Assembly: GCA_013288205.1 (NCBI GenBank)
Contig: JABDCH010000004.1
Location: forward strand, 1 to 51,353
From: Bacteroidota bacterium
GTDB taxonomy: Bacteria; Bacteroidota; Bacteroidia; JABEUT01
Direction of reading: 5' to 3'
DNA: 51,353 bases
In this document: positions 10,124-20,529 of the stretch, piece by piece
Position numbering within the stretch: position 1 is the first letter of the stretch
Layout of the letters: each line of letters begins with the position of its first letter
Position numbers and translations under genes: made by a program
Notes under the pieces: model-generated
Databases searched by the model: none
What the model was told of the DNA's origin: nothing
Seen by the model: only the letters and a program-made list of their open reading frames with translations

Positions 10124-10411
10124 ATGTCTGAAGAAGCACTAAAAGAAATAAACAGCATACGCAGTTGGGCAGAAGAAGACCGTCCCAGGGAAAAACTTAT
10201 GCTTAAAGGTTCTGCAGCCCTTTCGGATGCAGAACTATTAGCTATCCTTATTGGTTCGGGTACCCGTGGCGAATCGGCAGTGGATGTATGTAAATCCATT
10301 CTGAAAAATGCCCATAATAATCTGAATGAACTGGGAAAGCTCTCTCTAAGCGACCTAAAGAAATATAAAGGTATAGGAGAAGCAAAAGCCATTACTATTG
10401 TAGCTTTTTAA
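10124..10411 (+). pseudogene. radC: RadC (UPF0758) N-terminal fragment; JAB/MPN domain missing
   Basis: 95 aa: WAEEDRPREKL, LSDAELLAILIGSG, HhH motif KGIGEAKA. Stops at ...AITIVAF* where full-length RadC continues ALELGRR and the HNHPSG domain. Confidence 0.85.
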
Positions 10412-10431
10412 TTGCCCGTCGGGCATCCGAC
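10411..10431. repeat. 21-bp stem-loop motif, copy 1
   Basis: ATTGCCC-GTCGG-GCAT-CCGAC, 17/21 identical to 29166-29186. Confidence 0.55.
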
Positions 10432-10437
10432 ACAAAT

Positions 10438-10469
10438 AAAAAAACCGGCACCCTATGTGGAATGCCGGT
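10438..10469 (-). terminator. Intrinsic terminator of ftsZ / dcw operon
   Basis: Minus strand ACCGGCATTC-cacata-GGGTGCCGGT followed by a T run. Confidence 0.85.
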
Positions 10470-10510
10470 CGTATTTGCCCAATAAACCTTTCTAAATACA
10501 ATCCCTCTTC

Positions 10511-12127
10511 TTAGTCTACATTATCGTGAAGGAACGAGTTGTTCTGTCTCAACTCTGCCTTTTTATCTTCATTTTCTGAAAGCGTAAACCGTGATTGGTT
10601 TGATTCCGATGAATGCGGAGTCTCGCCCAAATCAATGTTTCTTCTTTTGTAAGCCGGTTCGTTTTCCAGCTCAGTAATTCCGGAAGGGCTTCTCAATTTA
10701 TAGCTTAATTGTTTCAGCTTTTCAATCCTTTCTTGCGATTTCCTGCGTTGTTCTTCAATAAAAGCAGGATCTGTCAAATCAACCTTTTCATTTTGTTGTT
10801 GTCTGTTTTCAACAGGCTGTTGTTGTTGAGGAATATTAAATAACAAGGGAGTACGAGGTTGGTCATCCAATGGCCTCTTTACAATTTCAAATTCTATGTC
10901 CTGTTTATTTTCTGCAATAGGGGCTATAGCTTCCATAGGTTGTTTTATGAAAGGTTCGTTACCTGGTGTTTCTTGCTTCGGAGCGGCTTCAGGTGTGTAC
11001 TCAGCAGCTATTTCTATAGGTGGGTTTTTCAATACAGGTTCCATCGATTCTTGTACAGGAGCAACTACAGCGGGTGCAGGAATAACAGCAGCAGGAGCCT
11101 GGGTAGTTAGCTCATCTAAACGACGCATTACCCTTTCCGCTTTCTTTTCAGTAAAAGTTGTTACTGGGTTTGCACTGAACCCTGTTGCAATAAGTGTAAC
11201 ATTTATTTTCTCGCCCAGTGTTTCATCAATACCATAACCTTTAATGATATCGGCAGTTTGACCCGCTGCTTCTTGTATGAAGTCGGTAATTTCCCCCAAC
11301 TCATCCATGGTAATATCGTCAGAACCACAAGTGATATTTAATAGCACATAGCGTGCTCCTTTGATATTGTTGTCATTCAGCAATGGAGATGTGAGTGCAA
11401 GTTCTACCGCTCTGATGGCTCTATTTTCACCTTCGCAACTTGCAGAACCCATAATGGCTACACCACTTTCCTTCATCACCGTTTGAACATCGGCAAAGTC
11501 GAGGTTAACGTGTAAGGTAACCGTAATAATTTCTGCAATGCTCTTCGCTGCGGTATTCAGAATATCATCGGCATGGGCAAACGCATCCCCCAATTTCAGG
11601 TTGCCATACATTTCGCGCAGCTTATCGTTGTTGATGATAAGAATGGTATCTACATGCTCGCGGAGTTCTTTCAAACCTTCTTCGGCTTGCAATTTTCTTT
11701 TCTTCCCTTCAAATCCGAAAGGAACGGTTACAATGGCCACCGTAAGGATGCCCATTTCTTTTGCAGCTTGTGCAATCACAGGCGCTCCACCTGTGCCGGT
11801 GCCACCACCAAGACCAGCGGTAATGAATACCATCTTGGTGTTGGTGCCTAATATTTTCTTAATGTCTTCTATGCTTTCCAGGGTAGCCCTTCTTCCAATT
11901 TCCGGAAGCGAGCCTGCACCGCGGCCTTCGGTAAGGCCTGAGCCGAGCGCTATTTTTAATGGAACAGGACTAATATCTAGTGCCTGTTGGTCGGTGTTGC
12001 AAACAATGAAATCAACGCCTTTTATTCCTTCGCGGAACATATGGTTGACTGCATTGCTGCCGCCCCCTCCTACACCAATTACTTTGATGATGGAAGATCT
12101 GTCTGTTGGTAAATCGAAGTTAATCAT
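10511..12127 (-). CDS. ftsZ: Cell division protein FtsZ
   Basis: GVGGGGSNAV, tubulin signature GGGTGTG, NLDFAD, long linker, and tail EPAYKRR...NNSFLHDNVD. Confidence 0.99.
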   Translation of the reverse strand: MINFDLPTDRSSIIKVIGVGGGGSNAVNHMFREGIKGVDFIVCNTDQQALDISPVPLKIALGSGLTEGRGAGSLPEIGRRATLESIEDIKKILGTNTKMVFITAGLGGGTGTGGAPVIAQAAKEMGILTVAIVTVPFGFEGKKRKLQAEEGLKELREHVDTILIINNDKLREMYGNLKLGDAFAHADDILNTAAKSIAEIITVTLHVNLDFADVQTVMKESGVAIMGSASCEGENRAIRAVELALTSPLLNDNNIKGARYVLLNITCGSDDITMDELGEITDFIQEAAGQTADIIKGYGIDETLGEKINVTLIATGFSANPVTTFTEKKAERVMRRLDELTTQAPAAVIPAPAVVAPVQESMEPVLKNPPIEIAAEYTPEAAPKQETPGNEPFIKQPMEAIAPIAENKQDIEFEIVKRPLDDQPRTPLLFNIPQQQQPVENRQQQNEKVDLTDPAFIEEQRRKSQERIEKLKQLSYKLRSPSGITELENEPAYKRRNIDLGETPHSSESNQSRFTLSENEDKKAELRQNNSFLHDNVD

Positions 12128-12176
12128 GACTGTGTTTATTTAAGGTTATTTGGGATTATGTGTTGCTTGTTGTTAT

Positions 12177-13493
12177 TTATTTTTTCTTGGCTGCGGCATC
12201 TACATCTTCATTGAAAAAGTTTACTGCGCCGGCATACAATCTTTCCATCATGCTGCGTTTATTTTTCACGTTAGAGTGTTGCACCACTTCAGTAACTTTT
12301 ATTGGCGTAGCTTGTTCAGCCTGGATAATCTGGTTACGTTGGTTTTCATCAAATCCTTTCATAACAAGACCTACAGAGGTAGCATATAAAGGATGGCTCA
12401 AATCGAAATTTCCAGAAGCAAGGTGTTCATTCGGATAACCCACACGGGTATCCATGCCGGTGATGTATTCTACCAATTGAGGAAGATATTTTAATTGCGC
12501 GCCGCCACCGGTTACTACAATACCTGCAATCAGTTTTCTTTCAAAACCGGAATTCTTGATTTCATAATATACATGTTCTAATATTTCCGACATACGTGCA
12601 TGTATGATAGCAGAAAGATTGCGAACCGATATTTCCTTGTTCTGTCTACCTTTCAAGCCTGGAATTACTACGATTTCATTTTCTTGCGATTCGGTAGGAA
12701 TTGCACAACCGAATTTCACTTTCAGTTGTTCAGCCTGTGCCTGTATAATTTGGCAGCCTTGTTTTATATCTTCTGTAATTACGTTTCCACCAAATGGTAT
12801 AACAGCCGTATGGCGAATAATATCATCCTGGAAAATTGCAACATCTGTTGTACCACCACCAATATCAATCAGCACCACACCGGCTTCTCTTTCTTCAGGA
12901 GTTAGTACTGCATCAGAAGAAGCAAGTGCTTCCAACGTGAGCTCGCTCATTTGTAAATGCGATTTGGTTACGCACTTTTCAATGTTGGCAGCTGCGGCAA
13001 CTTGCCCGGTAATAATATGGAAATTGGCTTCCAATCGCGCTCCACCCATACCAATTGGATTTTTAATTCCCACTTCATTATCTACAATATATTCCTGTGG
13101 AAGCACTTCAATAATTTCTTCTCCCGGAGGCATGGCGAGCCTTTCCATGCTGTCGATTAAAGCATCCACATCTTGTTGCGTGATTTCTTTAGAAGAATCA
13201 ATGCGGGTATAAACGCCGCGGTGCTGGAGGCTCTTGATATGCTGACCTGCAATACCTACATTTACAAATTCTATTTTAACACCCGATTTTTCAGTAGCTT
13301 CTTTTACTGCTTTTTCAATAGAGGTAACCGTCTGGTCAATATTACGCACCATTCCGCGCGCAATGCCAAGCGATTCGGATTTTCCGACACCCAGTATTTC
13401 TATTTTATTCTGTTCATTCTTGCGGCCCACAACAGCCACAATCTTGGTGGTGCCAATGTCTAAGCCTACGATGATCTTTGATTTGTTTTCCAT
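12177..13493 (-). CDS. ftsA: Cell division protein FtsA
   Basis: GLDIGTTKI, DIGGGTTD, VTGGGA; directly upstream of ftsZ. Confidence 0.98.
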   Translation of the reverse strand: MENKSKIIVGLDIGTTKIVAVVGRKNEQNKIEILGVGKSESLGIARGMVRNIDQTVTSIEKAVKEATEKSGVKIEFVNVGIAGQHIKSLQHRGVYTRIDSSKEITQQDVDALIDSMERLAMPPGEEIIEVLPQEYIVDNEVGIKNPIGMGGARLEANFHIITGQVAAAANIEKCVTKSHLQMSELTLEALASSDAVLTPEEREAGVVLIDIGGGTTDVAIFQDDIIRHTAVIPFGGNVITEDIKQGCQIIQAQAEQLKVKFGCAIPTESQENEIVVIPGLKGRQNKEISVRNLSAIIHARMSEILEHVYYEIKNSGFERKLIAGIVVTGGGAQLKYLPQLVEYITGMDTRVGYPNEHLASGNFDLSHPLYATSVGLVMKGFDENQRNQIIQAEQATPIKVTEVVQHSNVKNKRSMMERLYAGAVNFFNEDVDAAAKKK

Positions 13494-13498
13494 AGAAT

Positions 13499-14299
13499 TT
13501 ATTTTTTAGTGCAGATTATTTGGTGTTTATATTTAAGATTGATAGTTGCGTATTCATTCCATTTCCCATTACGATTGAAACCGTCTTTGTAAAGCACGAA
13601 CAGTTTGTCAAATTTTTGTTTCAGATCCGAGGTATCGCCTAAAATAATATGTTGGCATCCTACTCGGGGAATAAGCATAAATTCTTTGGCACTATCCACA
13701 TACACTTGTGTTATTTGCGCTTTCCAGAATGCATCGCTGTTGATATAGGAAGCAATTTTATATACTGATGGCAGCAGCGAATGCACTGAAGTGTCAGTCT
13801 CCATTTTTTTTGCATTCCTGGTATAATTGAATGAATAAGGCTCATCGATATAACCATTCACAACTAATACACGCGGAGTACAATTATCAGTAAGTGGCAT
13901 AAAATACCCAACCGAATCAACATAATAGCTTTCATCGTTCGCCGTCATTATACGGGCAATCGGGTTCTTTTGAGTTACCGATACATTAATATCTCCATCG
14001 AGTGTAGCATATACCTGTGCATCGATGATGTAGGAATTATCTTTCAACATGGATTCAATTTCGCGCAGGTTTATTTTATCCATGGACTTTCCTTCCAGTA
14101 CGCTCTGCTCCTGTTGCACAATGAGCGCACGTATTTGCTCTGAAGTAATAAAGACGCCTCTGCTGCCTTTTTGCTGAATACTGATATTAACCGACTTGCA
14201 CGGAGTACTACTTCTCTTTGATTTTGCAAATCCCAGCAATACCGATGCTCCTGCTACCAGCACAACCCAACCCGATATGATCAATATGCGTTTTTTCAT
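13499..14299 (-). CDS. ftsQ: Cell division protein FtsQ/DivIB
   Basis: N-terminal TM helix, POTRA-like region, C-terminal INLKYKHQIIC; lies between murC and ftsA. Confidence 0.88.
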   Translation of the reverse strand: MKKRILIISGWVVLVAGASVLLGFAKSKRSSTPCKSVNISIQQKGSRGVFITSEQIRALIVQQEQSVLEGKSMDKINLREIESMLKDNSYIIDAQVYATLDGDINVSVTQKNPIARIMTANDESYYVDSVGYFMPLTDNCTPRVLVVNGYIDEPYSFNYTRNAKKMETDTSVHSLLPSVYKIASYINSDAFWKAQITQVYVDSAKEFMLIPRVGCQHIILGDTSDLKQKFDKLFVLYKDGFNRNGKWNEYATINLKYKHQIICTKK

Positions 14300-15690
14300 G
14301 CGGTTTTCTTTAATAAAGCATTTCTCAAAGGTTCTACAAGCCTGTCAATATCACCGGCTCCCATTGTTAGCAGTATTTCCGGCATATTGGAAGTTACCAC
14401 ATCCACCAATTCTGCTTTTGTGCAAAGTCTTTTATTTTTCAACTGTATTCTATCAAGTAACATGGATGAAGTAATTCCTTCAATGGGCAATTCCCTAGCG
14501 GGATAAATATCAAGCAGGATGAGTTCATCTGCCAATTCAAGACTTCTTGCAAAACCATCGGCAAAATCGCGTGTACGCGTATATAGATGAGGTTGGAATA
14601 TGGCTGTAATCTTCTTTCCGGGGTACATTGCTTTTACAGAACTCAAACACGCCTTTATTTCTTCCGGGTGATGCGCATAATCATCAATGAATACAAGTGA
14701 AGGAGTGTTTATCCGGTAATCGAAGCGGCGTTCAACACCTTCAAATGTTCCCAATGCTTTGCGGATGTTATCATCATCCACGTTCATCATCTTAGCTACG
14801 GCTGTAGCAGCAATGGAATTCTCTACATTATGTAGTCCATTTATTCCAAGCGAAACTGACTTGATTTCTCCATAAGGAGTCACTACATCGTAGGTATAAC
14901 GGCCATTTTGAGTATTTATATTTTTTGCAAAATAATCTGCCTGTTGGTTGAGGGCATAAAATTGCGTTTTGCCTTTATGTTTGATAACCGATTGCACTTT
15001 TTCTTTTGTGATCAGGCACCCTTCTGCATGAATCCGATCGGCAAACAGGGCATACGATTCTTCCATGTTCGATGAATCGTTATATATATCCAGATGATCC
15101 GGATCGACAGATGTGATAATAGCAATATCAGGGTTTAGTGTAAGGAAGGAACGATCGTATTCATCAGCCTCTACAACCATCACTTTATTTTCATTTCCTG
15201 ATTTATTCAATAAAATATTAGTGTGATAATTTTTCGAAACCCCACCCAAAAATGCCATACATTCATTTCCGGATGAGCGCAAAATATGTGTTACAAGTGT
15301 TGAGGTAGTAGTTTTCCCATGGGTACCGGCAACAGCCACGGTATAGTGCCCTTCGGTGATCCATCCAAGCACTTCTGCTCGTTTGTGTAAGTTATATTTA
15401 TTATCAATAAAATAGTTTAATTCGCTATGTTCTTTCGGGATGGCAGGAGTATAAATGATTAATGTATCAGCAGGAGAAGTGTGTTCTAAAACATTTTTAT
15501 CAATCAATGCAATGTCGTCATCATAATGAATCGCGATTCCTTCGTTTTCCATTTCTTGAGTTAATGAAGAAGGTGTTTTATCATAGCCACTCACTGACTT
15601 ACCCAGCGATTTAAAATACCTCGCAAGGCCGCTCATACCAATGCCGCCAATGCCAACCAAATAGATATATTTTAAGGTATCGAATCTCAT
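14296..15690 (-). CDS. murC: UDP-N-acetylmuramate--L-alanine ligase
   Basis: GIGGIGMSG, AGTHGKTTT, EADEYDRSFL, DDYAHHP, FQPHLYTRT. Confidence 0.98.
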   Translation of the reverse strand: MRFDTLKYIYLVGIGGIGMSGLARYFKSLGKSVSGYDKTPSSLTQEMENEGIAIHYDDDIALIDKNVLEHTSPADTLIIYTPAIPKEHSELNYFIDNKYNLHKRAEVLGWITEGHYTVAVAGTHGKTTTSTLVTHILRSSGNECMAFLGGVSKNYHTNILLNKSGNENKVMVVEADEYDRSFLTLNPDIAIITSVDPDHLDIYNDSSNMEESYALFADRIHAEGCLITKEKVQSVIKHKGKTQFYALNQQADYFAKNINTQNGRYTYDVVTPYGEIKSVSLGINGLHNVENSIAATAVAKMMNVDDDNIRKALGTFEGVERRFDYRINTPSLVFIDDYAHHPEEIKACLSSVKAMYPGKKITAIFQPHLYTRTRDFADGFARSLELADELILLDIYPARELPIEGITSSMLLDRIQLKNKRLCTKAELVDVVTSNMPEILLTMGAGDIDRLVEPLRNALLKKTA

Positions 15691-16784
15691 TTTCCTGATA
15701 GTTCAATTATTTCTTTTGCAATTCTGTTAGCCGAATCAGTTATGGCAAGCGCTTTACTATTTTCGCTTAACAACTTCCGCCAATTTGTATCATTTACAAG
15801 TTCTATCACTTTAGTCCCCAATTGTTGAACAGCCACATCATCTTTAATAACGATAGCTGCATTTCTATCCGCAAGGCTATTAGCATTTTTAGTCTGATGG
15901 TCTTCTGCCACATTAGGAGATGGAACCAAAATAGAAGGCTTACCTGCTATACAAAGTTCTGCCAGCGAAATAGCTCCTGCCCTTGATATAACGACATCGC
16001 TTGCCGCGTAGGCATAATCCATTTTTGCAATAAAATCATATACTCTGATATTGGTATATTGTTTGGCTAATTCAATAGCTTCAGGGTAAAATGCTTTTCC
16101 TGTTTGCCAGATAATTTGGATATTATTACCATTTAAAAGTTGCAGTGCATTCTTTATAGCATGGTTAATGGTTCTTGCACCCAAACTGCCGCCAATAACA
16201 AGGAGTATGCTACCTCCATCCAGTTTAAAATATTCCTTTGCTTCGTTGCGCTTAGTCGCAAGATCACTGATATCCTGCCTTACCGGGTTTCCTGTCATGA
16301 TCAATTTATGAGCAGGGAAATATTTTTCCATTCCGGGATAGGCCACACATATCTTGTTGACTCTTTTCCCCAAAATTTTATTCGTAATTCCTGGATACGA
16401 ATTTTGCTCTTGTATAAGTGTTGGAATATGTTTCCTAATTCCGGCCCAAAGTGTAGGTCCGCTGGCATATCCGCCTACCCCCACAATAGCATCGGGATTA
16501 AATTCAGAAATTATGTCCTTTGCGCTCCTCACACTTTTTAAAACCTTAACAGGCAGAGAAATATTCTTGAACATATTGGAACGGGAAATACCGGCTATTT
16601 CAAGGCCTTCTATCTTGTACCCGGCGGCAGGCACCTTTTCCATCTCCATCCTTCCGATAGCTCCGACAAATAATATTTCTGTCCCCGGTCTCATCTCTTC
16701 TACTGCAAGGGCTATGGCAATAGCGGGAAAAATATGTCCGCCTGTGCCACCACCGCTGATTATTATTTTAAGTTGCTGCGACAA
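15687..16784 (-). CDS. murG: Lipid II GlcNAc transferase MurG
   Basis: GGGTGGHIFP, QEQNS.PG, GNPVR, GGSLGA, SRAGA, HQTKNA. Confidence 0.98.
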   Translation of the reverse strand: MSQQLKIIISGGGTGGHIFPAIAIALAVEEMRPGTEILFVGAIGRMEMEKVPAAGYKIEGLEIAGISRSNMFKNISLPVKVLKSVRSAKDIISEFNPDAIVGVGGYASGPTLWAGIRKHIPTLIQEQNSYPGITNKILGKRVNKICVAYPGMEKYFPAHKLIMTGNPVRQDISDLATKRNEAKEYFKLDGGSILLVIGGSLGARTINHAIKNALQLLNGNNIQIIWQTGKAFYPEAIELAKQYTNIRVYDFIAKMDYAYAASDVVISRAGAISLAELCIAGKPSILVPSPNVAEDHQTKNANSLADRNAAIVIKDDVAVQQLGTKVIELVNDTNWRKLLSENSKALAITDSANRIAKEIIELSGK

Positions 16785-17937
16785 CGTTTTCTGTTTGTTT
16801 TTCTGTTTCTGATTCCTGTTCTCCTTCTCTACTTACACTCAAAATCACACCTATAGCAATACTCGAAAACCATATCGATGTTCCTCCCATACTTACTAAT
16901 GGAAGCGGCTGCCCCGTTACAGGCAACAAATGGATGGCCACGCACATATTTACCATAGCCTGCAATACCAAGCTTAATGTAAGACCTATCGCGAGCAAGC
17001 TTCCAAATGTTTTCGGATTTCGCGTGGCAATCCGCACGCCCCTGAATAGCAAAGCGAGGTAAAAGAAAACCATTACCATGGCCATTACAAATCCATATTC
17101 CTCCACTAAAATGGCATAGATAAAATCGGAAGAAGCCTGAGGTAAAATATTTTTCTGCACGCTATTGCCGGGGCCTTTGCCAAAAGTTCCGCCGGTTGAA
17201 ATAGCAATCATAGCCTGGTCTGCCTGGTAATTGCTTGATTTATCACCTTTTGTAAAACTTTCAATACGCGATCTGGCTGTGGCGATACGGTTGTTAATAT
17301 GAGGAAACGCAAATACGATCAATATAAATAATGCCCCTCCTGCAAAGGCTATTCCCAGCGTAGTGAATATCAATTTTGCGCTTGCTCTTCCGATAAATAG
17401 AATGAACATGCAATTAATAAACAACAAACCCGCTGTGGAAATATTGGATGGAAATATTAATCCGCAGATGAGCAATATCGGTAATGTTACACTTATAACT
17501 CCCCGTTTTAAATTCCGCATGTCATCTTGCATCAACGTGATAGTTCGGGCTACATACACAATAAGTGCAAGCTTGGCAAAATCGGATGTTTGGAAGGTGA
17601 GCCCAAGACCCGGTATTTGCAACCACCGGGAAGCGCTTCCTTCATTTACTCCTTTCAGCAAGGTGAATAATAATAAGGGTACGGAGAGGATCAACGCTAC
17701 CTGGAAGATGCGGGAATAATAAGTGTATTTGATATTATGGGTCAGATAAATCAGCATAAAACCAAACAATAAAATGATAATGTGTTTGATTAAAAAATAC
17801 GTCGCATCACCTGACCGGCTACGGTAAGCAAGGGTAATTACCGAGCTATAAACGGCAAGAATAGATACCACAGATAACAGGAGCACTATTATCCAGATAA
17901 CTCTATCGCCTTTTATATGATTCAGTATCGCTTTCAT
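16768..17937 (-). CDS. ftsW: SEDS peptidoglycan polymerase FtsW
   Basis: About 10 TM helices; ASRW, FQTSDFAK, SDFIYAILVEEYG, TGQPLPLVSMGGTS. Confidence 0.95.
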   Translation of the reverse strand: MKAILNHIKGDRVIWIIVLLLSVVSILAVYSSVITLAYRSRSGDATYFLIKHIIILLFGFMLIYLTHNIKYTYYSRIFQVALILSVPLLLFTLLKGVNEGSASRWLQIPGLGLTFQTSDFAKLALIVYVARTITLMQDDMRNLKRGVISVTLPILLICGLIFPSNISTAGLLFINCMFILFIGRASAKLIFTTLGIAFAGGALFILIVFAFPHINNRIATARSRIESFTKGDKSSNYQADQAMIAISTGGTFGKGPGNSVQKNILPQASSDFIYAILVEEYGFVMAMVMVFFYLALLFRGVRIATRNPKTFGSLLAIGLTLSLVLQAMVNMCVAIHLLPVTGQPLPLVSMGGTSIWFSSIAIGVILSVSREGEQESETEKQTENVVAAT

Positions 17938-17938
17938 T

Positions 17939-19282
17939 CTATAATGCTCTTACGGCTTCTTTAAATTGGTTGCCTCTGTCTTCATAATTTTCAAATAAAT
18001 CGAAACTTGCACAGGCCGGAGAAAGCAACACTGTATCTCCCTGCTTACTTGCCTTATATGCTTTCGTAACAGCTTCCTTTGCACTAGTTGCCTCTGTTAT
18101 AACCGGAACGATGGTAGAAAATGCACTGATAATTTTCCGGTTGTCTTTTCCCAGGCAAACAATAGTGTGTACTTTTTCTTTTACCAGATCTTTTAAAATA
18201 CTATAGTCATTTCCCTTATCAGTACCACCTACAATCCATACCACAGGCCTGCTCATGCTTTCCAGCGCGTACCATGCTGAATTCACATTAGTGGCTTTGG
18301 AGTCGTTGATAAACTCCACACCATGAATAGTAGCAACATATTCCAGGCGATGTTCAATATTGCGGAAATCAGAAAGGCTCTCCCTTATACTGTCTTTGCG
18401 AATGTCCATCACCTTGGCGGCTATTCCTGCGGCCATTGAGTTGTAAATGTTGTGCATACCTGGTAATGGTAATCTGTTTGCTGACATAGAGAATGAAGAT
18501 TTATTTACATTAAAAACTAGCTCCTGATTTATTAAACTTGCTCCCTCTTCCACAGGTTGCTTTATTGAGAAAGGATATTTTTTTACGGTTATATTTCTTT
18601 TTTCAACTTCCTTACTCGTTATTTCATCATCGAGGCAATAGATGAAAGAGTCATCGGAAGTTTGATTTTGTACTATCTTGAATTTGGAGTTTATATATTC
18701 CTCCAGATTATAGTTGTAGCGATCGAGATGGTCAGGCGTAATATTCAGAAGGATGGAAATATCTGCTTTGAACTTATACATATTATCCAATTGGAAACTG
18801 CTTAACTCCAATACATAATAATCGAAATTCTCAGTAGCTACCTGGTAAGCAAAACTCTTGCCCACATTACCGGCCAACCCTACGTTCAATCCTGCCTTCT
18901 TAAAAATATGATAGGTTAAAAGAGTAGTAGTAGTTTTACCATTGCTACCTGTAATGCAAATCAATTTTGCATTTGTATACCGTGAAGCAAATTCTATTTC
19001 TGAGATAACAGGAATATTGTTTGCTTTAATTTTTTGTATCAATGCTGCACTTTCAGGAATGCCGGGACTCTTTATAACCTCATCAGCATTGAGTATCTTA
19101 TCTTCTGAATGTGTACCTTCTTCATAAGGAATCTGCTCTGTTTGTAGCATTTCAAGGTACTTAAGTTTTATTTTTCCTTTGTCAGATAACCATGTTTCCA
19201 TACCCTTCTTACGTGCAAGAATAGCTGCGCCCACACCGCTTTCACCGGCGCCCAAAACCACTATTTTCTTTGCACTGTTCAT
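17939..19282 (-). CDS. murD: UDP-MurNAc-L-Ala--D-glutamate ligase
   Basis: Start moved to ATG 19282 (MNSAKKIVVLGAGESG). TGSNGKTTT, ELSSFQL, NDSKATN, LSPACASFD. Confidence 0.98.
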   Translation of the reverse strand: MNSAKKIVVLGAGESGVGAAILARKKGMETWLSDKGKIKLKYLEMLQTEQIPYEEGTHSEDKILNADEVIKSPGIPESAALIQKIKANNIPVISEIEFASRYTNAKLICITGSNGKTTTTLLTYHIFKKAGLNVGLAGNVGKSFAYQVATENFDYYVLELSSFQLDNMYKFKADISILLNITPDHLDRYNYNLEEYINSKFKIVQNQTSDDSFIYCLDDEITSKEVEKRNITVKKYPFSIKQPVEEGASLINQELVFNVNKSSFSMSANRLPLPGMHNIYNSMAAGIAAKVMDIRKDSIRESLSDFRNIEHRLEYVATIHGVEFINDSKATNVNSAWYALESMSRPVVWIVGGTDKGNDYSILKDLVKEKVHTIVCLGKDNRKIISAFSTIVPVITEATSAKEAVTKAYKASKQGDTVLLSPACASFDLFENYEDRGNQFKEAVRAL

Positions 19283-19284
19283 CG

Positions 19285-20529
19285 CTATCTTAATTTCAGT
19301 GTTATAATACTTACTACTGCGAGCATAATTCCAACAATCCAAAAGCGGGATACAATTTTTGATTCATGCAGGTTCATTTTTTGATAATGGTGATGCAGGG
19401 GCGACATCTTGAAAATGCGTCTTCCCTCACCATATTTTTTCCGGGTGTATTTAAAGTAGCTCACCTGTATCATCACTGATAAATTTTCAATTAAGAATAT
19501 TCCGCATAGGAGCGGAAGTAATAATTCTTTCCGGATGGCAATGGCAAAAACAGCAATGATACCACCTAATGCAAGGCTACCTGTATCGCCCATGAAAACC
19601 TGCGCCGGATAGGAATTATACCATAAGAAACCTACACATGCCCCTACAAAAGCGCTCATAAATATTACCAGTTCGCTGCAATTGGGGATGTACATAATAT
19701 TTAAATAATCTGCAAAAACATAGTTGCCAGACACATAGGCTAGCAGCATAAGCGTAACCCCAATAATGGCGGAAGTACCTGTTGCGAGCCCATCAATCCC
19801 ATCGGTTATATTGGCCCCATTTGAAACCGCCGTTACAATAAGAATAACGATAGGTATAAAAATTAGCCATGCCCATTTTTTATATCCATCACCCAAAAAT
19901 GAAATGAGCCATGAATAATCAAACTCATTATTCTTGATAAATGGAATAGTAGTTTCCATAGATTTGACAGATTTATTTTCATATTTCGGCAGATCACTGA
20001 TCCCTGCTTCCTGTCCTCCAATAATGGTTTGAGGTGCACTGTGAATTTTTTCCTTCACCACCACATTGCTATTAAAATAAAGCGTACAACCAACTATGAG
20101 GCCTATTCCAACCTGCCCAAATACTTTAAATCCACCGCTCAATCCTTTTTTATCTTTTTTGAAAACCTTTATATAATCGTCCAGGAACCCTACAGTACCT
20201 AACCAAATGGTGACAGCGAGCATGAGCAATACATATACATTCTCTAACCGGGCGAGCAACAAAGTAGGAATAAGGATAGAGGCAAGAATAATAAGGCCGC
20301 CCATGGTTGGGGTTCCTTCTTTTTCCTTTTGTCCCGTCAGTCCTAAATCGCGTATCGATTCACCTACTTGTTTTTTGTGCAGCAAACGGATAAGTTTTTT
20401 GCCAAATACCATTGAAATCAATAAGGAGATAATAACAGCCAAGGCCGCACGGAATGAAATGTAGTTGAATACATTTGCTCCCGGCAAATTATAGTGTGCT
20501 CTCAGATAATGGAAAAGATAGTACAGCAT
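19285..20529 (-). CDS. mraY: Phospho-MurNAc-pentapeptide transferase
   Basis: [36 protein letters not shown]. Confidence 0.98.
   Translation of the reverse strand: MLYYLFHYLRAHYNLPGANVFNYISFRAALAVIISLLISMVFGKKLIRLLHKKQVGESIRDLGLTGQKEKEGTPTMGGLIILASILIPTLLLARLENVYVLLMLAVTIWLGTVGFLDDYIKVFKKDKKGLSGGFKVFGQVGIGLIVGCTLYFNSNVVVKEKIHSAPQTIIGGQEAGISDLPKYENKSVKSMETTIPFIKNNEFDYSWLISFLGDGYKKWAWLIFIPIVILIVTAVSNGANITDGIDGLATGTSAIIGVTLMLLAYVSGNYVFADYLNIMYIPNCSELVIFMSAFVGACVGFLWYNSYPAQVFMGDTGSLALGGIIAVFAIAIRKELLLPLLCGIFLIENLSVMIQVSYFKYTRKKYGEGRRIFKMSPLHHHYQKMNLHESKIVSRFWIVGIMLAVVSIITLKLR

Noticed and set aside
11538-13463. Long plus-strand ORFs (201 aa, 202 aa and others) opposite ftsZ and ftsA
   Set aside because: Antisense shadows of conserved genes; Ser/Pro/Ile-rich translations with no recognisable motifs.
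19283-19342. ORF-track N-terminal extensions of murD (also cysS, M28, DUF2480, radC, both GT-C genes and the 41118 lipoprotein)
   Set aside because: They overlap upstream genes or -7 promoter elements; downstream starts fit family N-termini better.
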